DNA of 64,000 bases from Candidatus Latescibacterota bacterium (GCA_965219455.1 OZ244744.1:1920001-1984000), one strand, 5' to 3'. Counted from the first letter of the stretch, positions 18,745-31,177 are shown. Notes: generated from the sequence alone by a model not told the origin. Numbers and translations: made by a program.

Positions 18745-21700
18745 TTATCCCACCGCCCGGAACGCCGTGACCGACCCCCTTGAGGTGGCGCACACGACCC
18801 GGTCGCCGTCCGCCCGGAGGTGCGTGACTTCGCCGTCGACCCGATCCCCTGCGACCAGGCCGCCGTCCGCGTCATAGGTCCGGATTTCGCCCGTGTCGAA
18901 ACCCACCAGGACTTTCAATCCTCCATTGCCCTGCGCGGTCGTCAGCCACGTGATCTTGTCCACCAGGTCCCGCCGCCACAGGACCTCGCCATCCCCAGCG
19001 ATGCAGGCCAGCTGGCCCGCGTCGCTGGCCGCGATCACCTCCGGACGACCATCTCCGTTCACGTCCGCGAGGGCGATGTCCTCCACTTCCCCACCCATAT
19101 TCACGCGCCATGAGAGGGCCCCCATCCTGCCAGGTTTGCTGCTGTACGTCCCCGGCCCCGCAAACTTGCCGCTGCCGCCCAGGCCGGTCTGGCCGAACAA
19201 CTCCCCGCTCGACGCCGCGTTCACCGCCCGCCAGTCTCCATAGACGACCTCTATCGCCCCGTCTCCGTCCAGATCGGCCGCGAGAATCGTCGGTGAGACA
19301 CAGCCCGTGCTTTGCCGCCAGCGCGCCGTCCCATCGGGATTGAGACAATTGATCGTATAATACTCGGTGCCCACCAGGATCTCGTCCTTTCCGTCGCCGT
19401 CCAGGTCCACGGCCAGGCACCCGGTGATGCAGTGATAGTGGGTTTCGGTCTGCCACTTCAGCGTCCCGTCCGCCTCAAACGCGTGGAACAGCCATCCCTC
19501 GGCGCCGGCCAGCACCTGCTTCCGGCCGTCGCCGTCCAGATCGGCCGATGAAATGGTCGTCAGCCGTTGCGGGCGCATGCCGCTTCCCGGCGGAAACTCG
19601 TGCGTCCAGCGCGGTTCACCCCCGGCGTCCAGAACGTACAGCCGGCAATCCCGCGTTCCGACGATTGCCTCCGGCGCGCCGTCGCCGTCGATATCCGCCA
19701 GGTGTACGGCTCGTACTTCGCCCTCCGCCTCGAACGACCACGCCCGGGCGCCGTCCGCGCCAAGGAGGTGAACGCCCCCGTTAACCGTTCCCGCGAGCGT
19801 CAGGCCCGATCCATCCGTGGCCACCGCCGTCACACCCACTCCAGCGTCGAACGTCCATGCGGGCTCCAGCCCGGTTCGGGAGACAAGCTCCCTGTCGACG
19901 GACACGGATCCTTCACGGTAGGACGTCGGCTCCCGAAACGCCCGGTCGAACGTCCCGCGCGCGCGGGGCAGGACCTCAAGGTCGTGCCGGCCGGCCGGCA
20001 GCGTGAACCAGAGCAGCTTGCCCTCGCCGCCACCGGAAATCGGTTCGCCGTTCAGACGGACGGCTTCGGCGCGGATGCCCACCCGGGTCTCGGTGCGGGT
20101 CTCGACAACCCCCACGCCGTTGGCCAGATCCATCTCCACCGTCACGGGCGCCCAACTCCGGAACAACGGTCCTTCCCACGATAGCGTGGTGCCCTCCACC
20201 AGGGCGAACCCGTCTCTGTCGACCCGGAACAGCTCAGCCTCCACCTCCAGGTCGCCCGATCTGAACGCCCCCGCTCCGGCCATCACCGCCTCGTCGGACC
20301 GTTTATCCCGGACCAGCGCAACGGACGGTCCCACCCGCTCAAGGTCGAAACCCTGATCCATCTCCGAATTGGACGGATACAGCAGGTTCACGTACGCAGT
20401 CTGTTCACCGGCGTCCAACGCGACCCGCTTCGTCTGGTGCCACATCCTCACCGTCCCGTCCGCGTGCTCGTAATTCTCCCAGTTGTTTTCCCAGTCCGGC
20501 GCGAAGTCGGCCTCCCGGTCCGTCAATGATTTCTCGGAGTCGTCCGCATTCACAATGTGAAACCGCTCGCCGTCCTGCTCGAGGCGCAACTCGTTTTCTT
20601 CCTCCTCCGTCCGCCCAAGCACCCGCCAGATCCCGTCCAGGAGAAAGTCTCCGTCCTCGAGCGCGTCTACCGTATCGATCACCAGAAAATACGATCCCTT
20701 TCGCCAGAAGATATTACGCGCCCAGTCCGTTCCATTGTCCCCGGGCGAAACCGTCCGGCTGTAGCCCCATTTCTCGAAATCACCGATCGCCCTGAGCGCC
20801 ACCTGGGCCGGCTTGGGAACACACGTCCCGTCCTTCACGATCACCACCGTGTTGTGATACCTCGCCAGCCGGCGGATGTAGTCCAGGTCCGCCAGCCAGA
20901 TCCGATCGTTCCAGCACAGGCGGATGATCGAATTGCCGTCCTCCTGAGAATGAGAAAAACCCGTCGGCCCGTCGATCAGAAGATACTCACTGCGCCTGTC
21001 GAAGCTGCGCCGGAACGCCAGTTTGTCGAACGCCTCCGCAAGGGGAACATCCGATTCCGGCAGAGGGTCACCGTGGTATTGCCCCGTATTCCGTGCCCGT
21101 TCCCTTGCAAATTCATGCGCGGCCCCGTCCAGCATGGACGCGCGAACCCCCAGCAGTTCCGTGGGTTCCACCGGCGCCACGTCCTTGAAGAAAAATCCAT
21201 CGTACACCTCCCATCCGCCGATCCCCCAGTTCCTGTCCCGCCGGAAGGACTCCCTCCACTCCTGCCCCTGCTCCAACCAATCGTACAGCCACCGGTAGCG
21301 CCCGTCGTTGTAGAACCACGCGCCGACCGCCGCGGTCTGCAATCCGCTCGGACGGCTTGCCCGGGCTGCCCGGTAGGCGCCGACGTCACCATACGAGCAG
21401 TCGTCGCCCCGGCTGTCGATGGTAAGCACTGCGCTATCCAGCAGGCGGGCAAGATGACCGTCTTCCAGGTACGCAAGATCGTCCGTCATCAGGCCGTACT
21501 TGATCAGATGCCCTGGCGTGATCCAGACGTACCCGGTGCCCGCGTTGTCGTTGGGCTTGTACGACCGGGCATGCAGTTCCAGAGTCCGATGCGCCAGGGG
21601 CAGCTTTTCGTCGAAATCCGTGAGCCCGTAGTACTTCTTGAAATACCTCGCCCCGGTGAACAGACTCAACGCTGCGAAGCTCTGGTGGTTCTGGTTCTGG

Positions 21701-22611
21701 ACCACGTCGTCCACGGACTTGAATCGGAAGTGGGTCAGCTCGGCCGTCCACCGGATGATATTGTAGATCGCATTTGTCATCTTCAGCCGGTCCGCGTCGC
21801 TCAACACGTCCCCCTCCTCCATCACGTCCCAGGCCGTCAGCATGCGGTAGATCCAGAAGTACAGATGCGTCCCCTGCGACAGGCACCAGTCTCCGGCCTC
21901 ATGCGCCAGATCGATGAAATGCAGGAATTCCTCCCTGAAAATCCGACCCCAGACATCCTGGCCCGACAGATAGTACAGCATGGCGTGGTCCACCATGCGG
22001 CGCAGCGGCCCCTGGCTGCCGGAAAGCGCCACCTGTTCGTTCACGGCATCGATGATCTTCCTGGCCTCGGCTTCCGTGGGCGCGGACTCCGGGTTCTGCC
22101 GCGATACCGACCGGTTGATCCGTCCGATGCGCGGCCCTTCCGCTTCGAGGATTTTGATGAATTGGTCCACCGCTCGCGCCACCCCTTCGAGCGTACTTCC
22201 TCCCAGCAGGACCACGTTCCGGCCCGTCCCGAAGGGATTGTGGACCGTTCTTACTTCGTACCCGTCCCCGCCGGGGTAATATTCGTCCGTCCAGGCGTAA
22301 AAATTCATCCCCAGGCGCCGGATCGCCCGGTTGGTGAATACGTTACCCGCGGCGACAATATGCGCCGCCTCCCAATCCCTCTCGCTGATCTCCGACGCGG
22401 ACCGGACTTCCGCCCCGCCGCCGAGGGCCTGCGCGATCGCGCCGCCGATCTTCTCTCCGGCCTGGCCATCGGGCGCCGCCACCAGCACATCGCCAGACAG
22501 GTCCGTTTCAAGCCGGAGATCTTTCAGCGTCGGGATCTCCTTGTTCACGATCTCGATATCGTACGACTCCTGCCGCCGTCTCCGCGCGCTGCGACGTCCT
22601 GTTTCAGCCAT
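18745..22611 (-). CDS. Heparinase-like protein with C-terminal FG-GAP/PQQ beta-propeller (paralogue 1)
   Basis: YPGGDGYEVRTVHNPFG, NQNHQ, HSQEDGN, YHNTV, repeated DxDGDG motifs; likely start MAETGRR. Confidence 0.8.
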   Translation of the reverse strand: MAETGRRSARRRRQESYDIEIVNKEIPTLKDLRLETDLSGDVLVAAPDGQAGEKIGGAIAQALGGGAEVRSASEISERDWEAAHIVAAGNVFTNRAIRRLGMNFYAWTDEYYPGGDGYEVRTVHNPFGTGRNVVLLGGSTLEGVARAVDQFIKILEAEGPRIGRINRSVSRQNPESAPTEAEARKIIDAVNEQVALSGSQGPLRRMVDHAMLYYLSGQDVWGRIFREEFLHFIDLAHEAGDWCLSQGTHLYFWIYRMLTAWDVMEEGDVLSDADRLKMTNAIYNIIRWTAELTHFRFKSVDDVVQNQNHQSFAALSLFTGARYFKKYYGLTDFDEKLPLAHRTLELHARSYKPNDNAGTGYVWITPGHLIKYGLMTDDLAYLEDGHLARLLDSAVLTIDSRGDDCSYGDVGAYRAARASRPSGLQTAAVGAWFYNDGRYRWLYDWLEQGQEWRESFRRDRNWGIGGWEVYDGFFFKDVAPVEPTELLGVRASMLDGAAHEFARERARNTGQYHGDPLPESDVPLAEAFDKLAFRRSFDRRSEYLLIDGPTGFSHSQEDGNSIIRLCWNDRIWLADLDYIRRLARYHNTVVIVKDGTCVPKPAQVALRAIGDFEKWGYSRTVSPGDNGTDWARNIFWRKGSYFLVIDTVDALEDGDFLLDGIWRVLGRTEEEENELRLEQDGERFHIVNADDSEKSLTDREADFAPDWENNWENYEHADGTVRMWHQTKRVALDAGEQTAYVNLLYPSNSEMDQGFDLERVGPSVALVRDKRSDEAVMAGAGAFRSGDLEVEAELFRVDRDGFALVEGTTLSWEGPLFRSWAPVTVEMDLANGVGVVETRTETRVGIRAEAVRLNGEPISGGGEGKLLWFTLPAGRHDLEVLPRARGTFDRAFREPTSYREGSVSVDRELVSRTGLEPAWTFDAGVGVTAVATDGSGLTLAGTVNGGVHLLGADGARAWSFEAEGEVRAVHLADIDGDGAPEAIVGTRDCRLYVLDAGGEPRWTHEFPPGSGMRPQRLTTISSADLDGDGRKQVLAGAEGWLFHAFEADGTLKWQTETHYHCITGCLAVDLDGDGKDEILVGTEYYTINCLNPDGTARWRQSTGCVSPTILAADLDGDGAIEVVYGDWRAVNAASSGELFGQTGLGGSGKFAGPGTYSSKPGRMGALSWRVNMGGEVEDIALADVNGDGRPEVIAASDAGQLACIAGDGEVLWRRDLVDKITWLTTAQGNGGLKVLVGFDTGEIRTYDADGGLVAGDRVDGEVTHLRADGDRVVCATSRGSVTAFRAVG

Positions 22612-22717
22612 TGTTTTCACCTCAATGATTCCCCAAGCATCGGTTGTCAGGGGAGATCGAAATGCGAAAAATTCGTTCACATCATGACGAGAATCGGGTG
22701 GGAGTCCTGTTCGATTC

Positions 22718-23095
22718 CTATACAGTCGCACGATCGGCAACGTCGGGCGATCGCGCATTCTCCAGCAGCTTTAAACATAGAGATCGCATCATCTCAAGTT
22801 CGTGAAGGTACTCGCGCTGCGCTTCTTCTGCCGGCAAACTGTCGAAAAGATCGGTTAGTTGTATCCCGTGGCTCATAACCGCATTGGCCTGTCGGTTTCG
22901 AAGGTGCTTTCGGACGTAGAGACAGTTATCCGCATGATAGAAGCGCTGAATTGCTTCTGTTGCGTTGAGAATCCCTGCGGCCAATGATTGCACCATGCCC
23001 AGATTCAGAAGTGCGAAGAATTCCAGTTGGTCTGTCACACCAGTGTCACGGCTCGTGTCTGAAAGCACAATGCGAAATGGATAGGTCTGCTTCAT
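22718..23095 (-). CDS. DUF3969-like putative immunity protein
   Basis: Helical protein of about 125 aa (LNLGMVQSL...GIQLTDL); ATGA overlap with the upstream small ORF. Confidence 0.6.
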   Translation of the reverse strand: MKQTYPFRIVLSDTSRDTGVTDQLEFFALLNLGMVQSLAAGILNATEAIQRFYHADNCLYVRKHLRNRQANAVMSHGIQLTDLFDSLPAEEAQREYLHELEMMRSLCLKLLENARSPDVADRATV

Positions 23096-23340
23096 GGCAT
23101 TGTCGTCCTTGAATAGTATTTGACACCGGCAACGCTGCCGGATTCGTGCTCGAAATAATGAGCTTCGCCGAGATTTCCCTGCCTGATAACCTTTCTCCAC
23201 CTGCTGCGACGCAAACGCCGCAATTCACGATGCACTGCCCGGTTACGTACGGGATATTTGAGGGTACCTCCCCGGTCGGGCATCCAATTCTGCGGCAACG
23301 ATCCGGACGCATAGATGTCCGGATACAGGTTGAGCGGCAT
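23092..23340 (-). CDS. Small basic protein resembling a stand-alone polymorphic toxin tip
   Basis: 82 aa, Arg-rich, WRKV...HYFEHESGSVAGVK; RBS AAGGA. Confidence 0.6.
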   Translation of the reverse strand: MPLNLYPDIYASGSLPQNWMPDRGGTLKYPVRNRAVHRELRRLRRSRWRKVIRQGNLGEAHYFEHESGSVAGVKYYSRTTMP

Positions 23341-23680
23341 TCGTATCCTTTAGCAAAATGGTTCAAACTTCGTACGAACCATTCGGCGAAACCAGTTGCG
23401 TCTGGTCTTCTTGTTGCGGTTGCAGAATGCTCTCCATTTGTGACCGGTAATGGAGTCACAGGAGAATGGAAATCATCGCCGGTCGATCACTGAGGCAGGT
23501 GGCTCGGGTTATAAGAAGGTGTTTCAAAAAGGTAAAGGAGTAAAGGAAGAATTGATAGTGCGGATTTATCTATTCGAATTCAGGTCGACCTGCGCCTGAA
23601 CGGAAACGATGGATACGCAAAGGTATTATCCGAGAATCTCGACTGAAACGCAAGGCAGCTTCCTTTCAAACCGATGGTAG

Positions 23681-26089
23681 TCAAAGCGCTTCGATAAGCG
23701 TTCCGGCCGCCACAAAGGTATCCTTCGCCTCGCCGCGAGCGTCGAACGTGGCGGCGCCGACCTCGCCGTCGGTCCTGATGCCCGCTCCCGTCAGGACCCG
23801 GCCCGCTGCCGGTTGCAGGAGTACAGCCGCATGGCCGGCGGCCAGGGGAAGGGTGACCGCATACCCGCCGTCAATCTCCACCAATTCGGCCTCGCCGTTC
23901 AATTCTTCAGCCGACCGATGCGGCCTCAGGACCGTCACGAACGTCTGTTCGCCTGCAGGCGAGGAAGGAATTGCCGTCAGGTGATACTCGACAAGCTGGA
24001 TCCGGGCCCGAGGCGGCGGATCGAACCGGTCGGTCTGGCTCACCGCAAGCCCGTTGGGATAAAGGAACGACACCTGGCATCCGGCGCCGCCGTTGACCAC
24101 CCGAACGTCCCGCTGGTTCCGGACATCCATCTCCACGGGGGCGTGCAGGCGCCATTCGAAACTCGCGGGTTCGGGCGCATGCAACGTATCGAAGATGAGG
24201 ATTGCTTCCGGCTTCACGAAAAGGATGCGGCGGGTAAACCTCTCGAGTTTGCCCGCGTAGGCGCCGCCCGCCTCTCCCGCCACGTAGTCGAAAGTTTCGG
24301 AGGTGTGGAAATCCAGGATCTCGCCCGCTGCTTCGCTGGCGTTCGGTATCTGCCCCTCACCGTTGACGGTGATGTTATTCACCGACTTTGTATGGTGCAT
24401 CCATTGTCTGTGGTGCGCGCTGCCGTGGATGTCGCGGCGTCCGGTGCGAATCAGCAACCGCTCTCCGAAGGCGTAGAGCAGGAACGAATTCTGAGCTTCG
24501 TACCCGTGGCTGTGTGATCCTAACGGGCTGCTCTTGAAGATCAGCTCCACGTTGTTGCGGGCATCCTCCAGATCGGTGTTGAAAACGGCCTGGCCGGTAC
24601 CCCGGAAGCAGCGAGACGTCGGCAGGTCAACCGGCCGCTTTGCCTCCACCCGGGGCAGCGCGCCCCGGACAAAGCCGATATAACCGGGCTCGGAAGGCAA
24701 CTCACCGTGCGCCTCAACGTACCATTGCCAGTACGGATTCCGTGCCATTGCAGAAAAAAGGGCCATAACGCCGCGATTCTGCCCGGATTCGAGGTGGGCC
24801 GTCAGATCCCCGAAACCGCCGCCTCGCGTACCCGGCGGTTGGAGATACATCGGATAATAGCCGACCTTTGAGAAATAGGGCTTATTGAAGGCATCGATGC
24901 CCATTGCCTCCCGCATAATGTCCGCCCACCAGGTGAATCGCTGGATGTAACTCCGCCAGTAGCCCATGCCCTGGTGCCAGCCCCCGTCATCGTCACTCCA
25001 CACCGGATACGTGTTGGCGAACACGTTCGCGGCGAACCACGCCCAGTCCGCGGCCTCGGGAATCTCGTCCAGAAACGCAATGCCCACCTCTCCCAGAAAA
25101 TGCCAGGACCGGGTATCGTGGCTCCCGTACGGACGCCAGAGGAAACGCGGACAGAGATGCGCGGACATTTCCCTGCCCCGAACGGTCATCATTCTGCGGC
25201 ACCGCTCCCGTTCGTCTTCCGTCAGCAGATCATTGAGATAGCTGTACGTCCGGGAGAAATAGTACGCGTAGGGCATCCCGGCTTCATCGTTATACCGAAA
25301 TCCCGTCGCCCCTTTCGGATCCCATTCGGCGCAGGCCATCAGCAATTCCCGGGCAAGTTGGCCGTACTCCTCCCGACCTCCCAACAGCCGGGTGAAAGCC
25401 AGTGTCGCCGCGCCGTTCAGAACGGCGATGGTATACTCCCGGTTCGGCCACCAGATCGCCCGCCACGCCTCACTGAGCCGCACCGTCCCTTCGGGATAGA
25501 GCGGCGGCTCTTCGGTGGGCGGCGGATTCTCGAGCAATTTCTCCGAGGCGGCCACGAGTTCCTCGTATTTGGCCGCCAGGTCCGTTCTGGCGCGCTGTCG
25601 CAGTTCCGGCACCTGTTCCGGCCTTACGAACAGCCGTGGATGGCTCTTTGGTACTCGCGCCAGGAGGTCGTCGCGGGAAGGCAGCGGAAGCGCGTTCGCG
25701 TCCTCCGCAACGCTGAACATCCTCACCGTGCTCCATTCGGACGTCTCTCCAGCCCGATCGGTAAAGCGGAATCGCCAGAACCAGCGACCCGGCGTCAGGG
25801 TGCGGGGTGGGCAGTGGACGTTGAACGTCACCCCCGTCGCCTCGTACTCCACGTCTGCAAAGCTGCTATCCCGCACGCACTGAACGTCGTAGCTCGCAGC
25901 GTCCTCCTGCGGCCGCCAGGAAAAACCCGGGGGCGTCACCTGAGAGACGCTCCCTTCCGCGGGACGAAAACCCCACTCGCCCGGTTGGCCGGGCGTCTCG
26001 TCGATCTCGGGACGCCCGGCTGCAAGCGTCCGTGACGCCGCCATCAGCAGCAGCAGCGCTCCTCCAATAATGACCAGAATCCCCATCAT
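23681..26089 (-). CDS. DUF4962/heparinase II/III-like oligosaccharide lyase, secreted
   Basis: Signal peptide from ATG 26089 (RBS AAAGGAG); HPRLF, DGGWHQG..YW, GFGD, SHSHGYEAQNSF, NNITVNG. Confidence 0.88.
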   Translation of the reverse strand: MMGILVIIGGALLLLMAASRTLAAGRPEIDETPGQPGEWGFRPAEGSVSQVTPPGFSWRPQEDAASYDVQCVRDSSFADVEYEATGVTFNVHCPPRTLTPGRWFWRFRFTDRAGETSEWSTVRMFSVAEDANALPLPSRDDLLARVPKSHPRLFVRPEQVPELRQRARTDLAAKYEELVAASEKLLENPPPTEEPPLYPEGTVRLSEAWRAIWWPNREYTIAVLNGAATLAFTRLLGGREEYGQLARELLMACAEWDPKGATGFRYNDEAGMPYAYYFSRTYSYLNDLLTEDERERCRRMMTVRGREMSAHLCPRFLWRPYGSHDTRSWHFLGEVGIAFLDEIPEAADWAWFAANVFANTYPVWSDDDGGWHQGMGYWRSYIQRFTWWADIMREAMGIDAFNKPYFSKVGYYPMYLQPPGTRGGGFGDLTAHLESGQNRGVMALFSAMARNPYWQWYVEAHGELPSEPGYIGFVRGALPRVEAKRPVDLPTSRCFRGTGQAVFNTDLEDARNNVELIFKSSPLGSHSHGYEAQNSFLLYAFGERLLIRTGRRDIHGSAHHRQWMHHTKSVNNITVNGEGQIPNASEAAGEILDFHTSETFDYVAGEAGGAYAGKLERFTRRILFVKPEAILIFDTLHAPEPASFEWRLHAPVEMDVRNQRDVRVVNGGAGCQVSFLYPNGLAVSQTDRFDPPPRARIQLVEYHLTAIPSSPAGEQTFVTVLRPHRSAEELNGEAELVEIDGGYAVTLPLAAGHAAVLLQPAAGRVLTGAGIRTDGEVGAATFDARGEAKDTFVAAGTLIEAL

Positions 26090-26206
26090 CCTGTAACTCC
26101 TTTCGAACAACCTTGAAGATGCGATCGCCAGGCCCATTCGGGAATCCACTGGAAAAGCCCCTTCATTTTTGCCATGTCCTCCGGTGAGATAGAATCCCCC
26201 CTCCCA

Positions 26207-26416
26207 CTAACGTCCCCTATTCCCTTGCCCTTTTTCTTGCTTCGCCCAAGAAAAAGGGCGAAAAAGAAGGGCGCCGCTCGGCGCGGGGCCGGTTTTTCCG
26301 TGAATCACCTCACGGGCATAAATGGGAATTGGGTGCCCCGCGAGCCGTTACGTTGTACCAATACAACGGTGTTGGACGGATTAACACGGAAAAACCCCCA
26401 TCTCCACCTCCGGACG
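26207..26416. repeat. Structured repeat element, copy B
   Basis: Homologous to 13032-13240 with compensatory stem changes. Confidence 0.8.
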
Positions 26417-26474
26417 GGCCTGAGGTAGACCCATAAGGATCGCCGCTCGGTTCAACATTTGTACCGTCTTTACC

Positions 26475-26730
26475 TGTCCGCTGATAGCTCGCCCTCAGAT
26501 AGGCATTCCGTTGTCAAACGCGAGGTTCCCGGCGAGCACTCCCAGAGCACAGCGTGTAGTCCCGTCCAGCACAGAGGATCGTTGTTCTTCCGTGGCTGGC
26601 AGGGCAAAATCCCCGGTAGGCCCTCAAAGGGTATTCGCGCGGTGGATATGGCAGGTCCCGCGCCCAGCGGCGACTTTTGGTTCCTTTTGGTCGCTTCAAA
26701 AGGAACACGCCGTAGGCAGGGAATTTGGGG
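26475..26730. repeat. Divergent inverted relative of the structured element, copy C (left end uncertain)
   Basis: Reverse complement carries hairpin GTTCCTTTTG/CAAAAGGAAC, then CAAAAG, then CGCCGCTGGGCGCGGGACC, matching the core CGCCGCTCGGCGCGGGGCC of copies A and B. Confidence 0.6.
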
Positions 26731-26770
26731 AGATGTGAATGTTGAATTTGGTTTTACCCTTTTATTTTCG

Positions 26771-26880
26771 TTCCCCCGCCGCCGGAGGCGCGGAGCCGGG
26801 GGGAGAGGTCCCGGGATCGAGGGTATCCTGCCCTCGACACGCCGAAGATGCAATTGTAGGGGCGACCCTTGTGGTCGCCC
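26771..26880 (+). repeat. BoxC-like element, RAYT-type REP (26818-26836) and GTAG REP (26856-26880)
   Basis: GCCGGGGGGAGAGGTCCC, CGAGGGTATCCTGCCCTCG, GTAGGGGCGACCCTTGTGGTCGCCC. Confidence 0.7.
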
Positions 26881-26948
26881 ACGTAATGGCGCCGACGTCG
26901 ACGAATGATTTCGCGGGTCCGTTTCGCTAACCGGTTTTGGCTGATGGC

Positions 26949-28930
<1,982 letters not shown>

Positions 28931-29030
28931 TAACAGCTAATCGCTGATAGCTGGGTCTCAGGGTGGTCCTCTCCCGTCTACCCTCTTACGTCTCACCGAT
29001 TCAAGCTGACAGCTGACAACCTATAGCTAA
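28931..29030. repeat. Heptamer repeats forming the intron 5' exon
   Basis: TAACAG CTAATCG CTGATAG CTG at 28931-28953 and GCTGACA GCTGACA at about 29005-29018; the repeat continues as CTGATGGC at 26941-26948. Confidence 0.75.
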
Positions 29031-29043
29031 TTGCCGGTTTTCA

Positions 29044-30096
29044 TCAACTGTAATATTTCGGGTTCGTCACCGTCAGAGAGGTCTCCTCCAGCGGCAATTT
29101 GACCTTCGCGCCGCCCTTCCGATGGGAAACATGGAAAGCCAGCGCGATTTCCAGTGCCTTTCGTCCGTCCTCGCCCGAGCAGGACGGCGCCTTTTCCTCC
29201 TCGATACACGTTACCAGTTCCTCGATCGCCTTTACAACACCGCTCCTGGCTTCGATATTCTGGGGAATCTTTCGCCCCACCAGCGCGCGTCCTTCATAGA
29301 CGTCTTCCGCCACGGTCCAGAGTTCGTCCACGTTGTAGCCGATCCGGATCCTGCCTTTCGTTCCCACCAGATCGAACTCGAACCCCACGGGAGATCCTTC
29401 CACCGCGTTCACGAAGGCGTGCATCCCGTTCTGAAACTGGATATACCCGCTGCCCCCCGGGTCGTCATGCGGCTTTCGCCGGCCGTCCAACCGGCCGAAC
29501 ACCCACGCCACCTCGCCACCGGACCAGAACCGCATCAGGTCGAACATGTGGGTTGCCTCGTGCACCAGTTCCGGCCCCATATTGCCCGCGATGCTGATCA
29601 ACTCCCCGATCGTGCCCCCGGCAACCAGGTCCCTTACCCGGACCATCAGTGGGTCCCACCGGTTGTGGTAGAGGACCGACAGCGTCGTATTCGCTTTTTT
29701 GCACGCTTCGATCATGCGGTCCGCTTCCGGCAGGCTGGTTGCCATCGCTTTCTCGCACAGGACCGCCTTCACGCCCGCTTCGGCGGCCGCCACCGTCATA
29801 TCGGCGTGAAGGTGCGCGTGCGTCGCCACGCTGACGATGTCCAGCGCTTCCGCCTCCAGCATGTCGCGATAATCGGCGTAGAGGCGATGCACGCCCCACC
29901 GGGCGGAAAAATCGGCCAGCCTCTCGCCATTGATATCCGCGGCGGCCACCACCTCGGTGCTGCCCACCTGGCCATAGGCGCCCGCCAGAACACCGGGCTG
30001 GGGAACCCGACCCGGCTGTCTGCGCTTCTCATCGTCCATCGTGCCGGCCATGCGCCCACAGCCGATGATTCCCACGCGGTACGTCGTCTTACTCAC
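29044..30096 (-). CDS. Gfo/Idh/MocA family oxidoreductase
   Basis: GTG start SKTTYRVGIIGCGRM, LCEKAM, THMFD. The 560-aa track ORF is an over-extension. Confidence 0.9.
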   Translation of the reverse strand: MSKTTYRVGIIGCGRMAGTMDDEKRRQPGRVPQPGVLAGAYGQVGSTEVVAAADINGERLADFSARWGVHRLYADYRDMLEAEALDIVSVATHAHLHADMTVAAAEAGVKAVLCEKAMATSLPEADRMIEACKKANTTLSVLYHNRWDPLMVRVRDLVAGGTIGELISIAGNMGPELVHEATHMFDLMRFWSGGEVAWVFGRLDGRRKPHDDPGGSGYIQFQNGMHAFVNAVEGSPVGFEFDLVGTKGRIRIGYNVDELWTVAEDVYEGRALVGRKIPQNIEARSGVVKAIEELVTCIEEEKAPSCSGEDGRKALEIALAFHVSHRKGGAKVKLPLEETSLTVTNPKYYS

Positions 30097-30116
30097 GTTT
30101 ACGCCCACCTCGGATT

Positions 30117-31088
30117 CTACATTACCCGGCACTCCAGGTCCGTCGCCATAGCCGCTGCGGGCGTATGGTGATGGTCCATCGGCGGGGTTGTCAGGTAGTG
30201 TACGTACATGATGCAGGGCTGCCCGGGGAACGGGAAGATCGTCCGGAAGCGGCCATTGGGTTCCACCTCGTAGCGTACGGCGGCTTTCCCGGACCACGCG
30301 CCGACAGCCGCGACGTCCACGGTGGACGTGTTGTCCGTCACCACGGCCCAGCTTGTGCCCTCGCCGTCGGCCCGCTGTCTCGCGCCGAACGCGGAGTACA
30401 GGGGCCCATCCGGCAGACTGAAGTTGCTTTCGACGACAACTGTCGCAATTTGCGACACATCGCCCGACACGACCTCGTGCTCGGCCCGGAACCAGGAAAC
30501 CCCCGAGTAAAAGGTCATATGCGCGACAAACTCGTATCCGCCGCCGTAGGTCCCGTCCACCCTCAGACGGGCCGTCCGGGGACCACGCGTCCGGATATCG
30601 ATCCGGACCTCGCCCGAGGGGAACAGGATCCTGCCGTCCTTGAGCACGAGCGCCGGCCCGGGCGCTCCCGCCCCGTGAAACGCCCTGCCGTCGAAAATCA
30701 CGTTCTCCACCAGGTTGAAGCGCCATTGCCGGACCTGGTAAATCACCGGCCCCTGCTGCACCTCGATCGGGTCCTTGCCGGCGCGCACGTCGATGGGATT
30801 CGCAGGCGGGGCGGGCGGCGGCGTCCCCTGTCCGTACTCGAACGTGAGGACCTCCTCCCCTCCAGCGGGGAGCCGGGCAGGAAACGCGACCTCCGCGGTC
30901 CTCACGCTGCCATCGTCCCAGGTCTCCAATCCGTCCACCTGCACGGGACGCGGTTCGCCGCCGCCGTCCAGCATTCGCGCCGGGCCGCCCGCGGTGAACT
31001 CGCCGGGCTCAAAGCCCACCGTTACGGCGCACGGAAAATTCCTCCTGGCAAACCCATCCCGTTCGGAAATCCGGATCTCTTTGCGCAT
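30117..31088 (-). CDS. Hypothetical protein resembling exo-rhamnogalacturonan lyase/YetA N-terminal domains
   Basis: RRNFPCAVTVGF..G, PVQV...WDDGSVR, IRTRGPRTA; RBS GAGG. Confidence 0.6.
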   Translation of the reverse strand: MRKEIRISERDGFARRNFPCAVTVGFEPGEFTAGGPARMLDGGGEPRPVQVDGLETWDDGSVRTAEVAFPARLPAGGEEVLTFEYGQGTPPPAPPANPIDVRAGKDPIEVQQGPVIYQVRQWRFNLVENVIFDGRAFHGAGAPGPALVLKDGRILFPSGEVRIDIRTRGPRTARLRVDGTYGGGYEFVAHMTFYSGVSWFRAEHEVVSGDVSQIATVVVESNFSLPDGPLYSAFGARQRADGEGTSWAVVTDNTSTVDVAAVGAWSGKAAVRYEVEPNGRFRTIFPFPGQPCIMYVHYLTTPPMDHHHTPAAAMATDLECRVM

Positions 31089-31177
31089 TCCGGTCACCTC
31101 GATATCTCCGCCATCGCCTTCCGTGTCCCGTCCCGGAAAGATGTCACCATTCGGCAATCTATTTCCGGGACAGAACA

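Noticed and set aside
20557-22878. 773-aa plus-strand ORF and similar long ORFs (47902-49584, 43361-44929, 11563-12804, 38918-40120)
   Set aside because: Antisense shadows of well-supported minus-strand genes in high-GC DNA, with no recognisable motifs.
26086-26175. 29-codon upstream ORF with GGAGG overlapping the lyase start
   Set aside because: No equivalent was recognised at locus A and there is no other support; probably incidental.
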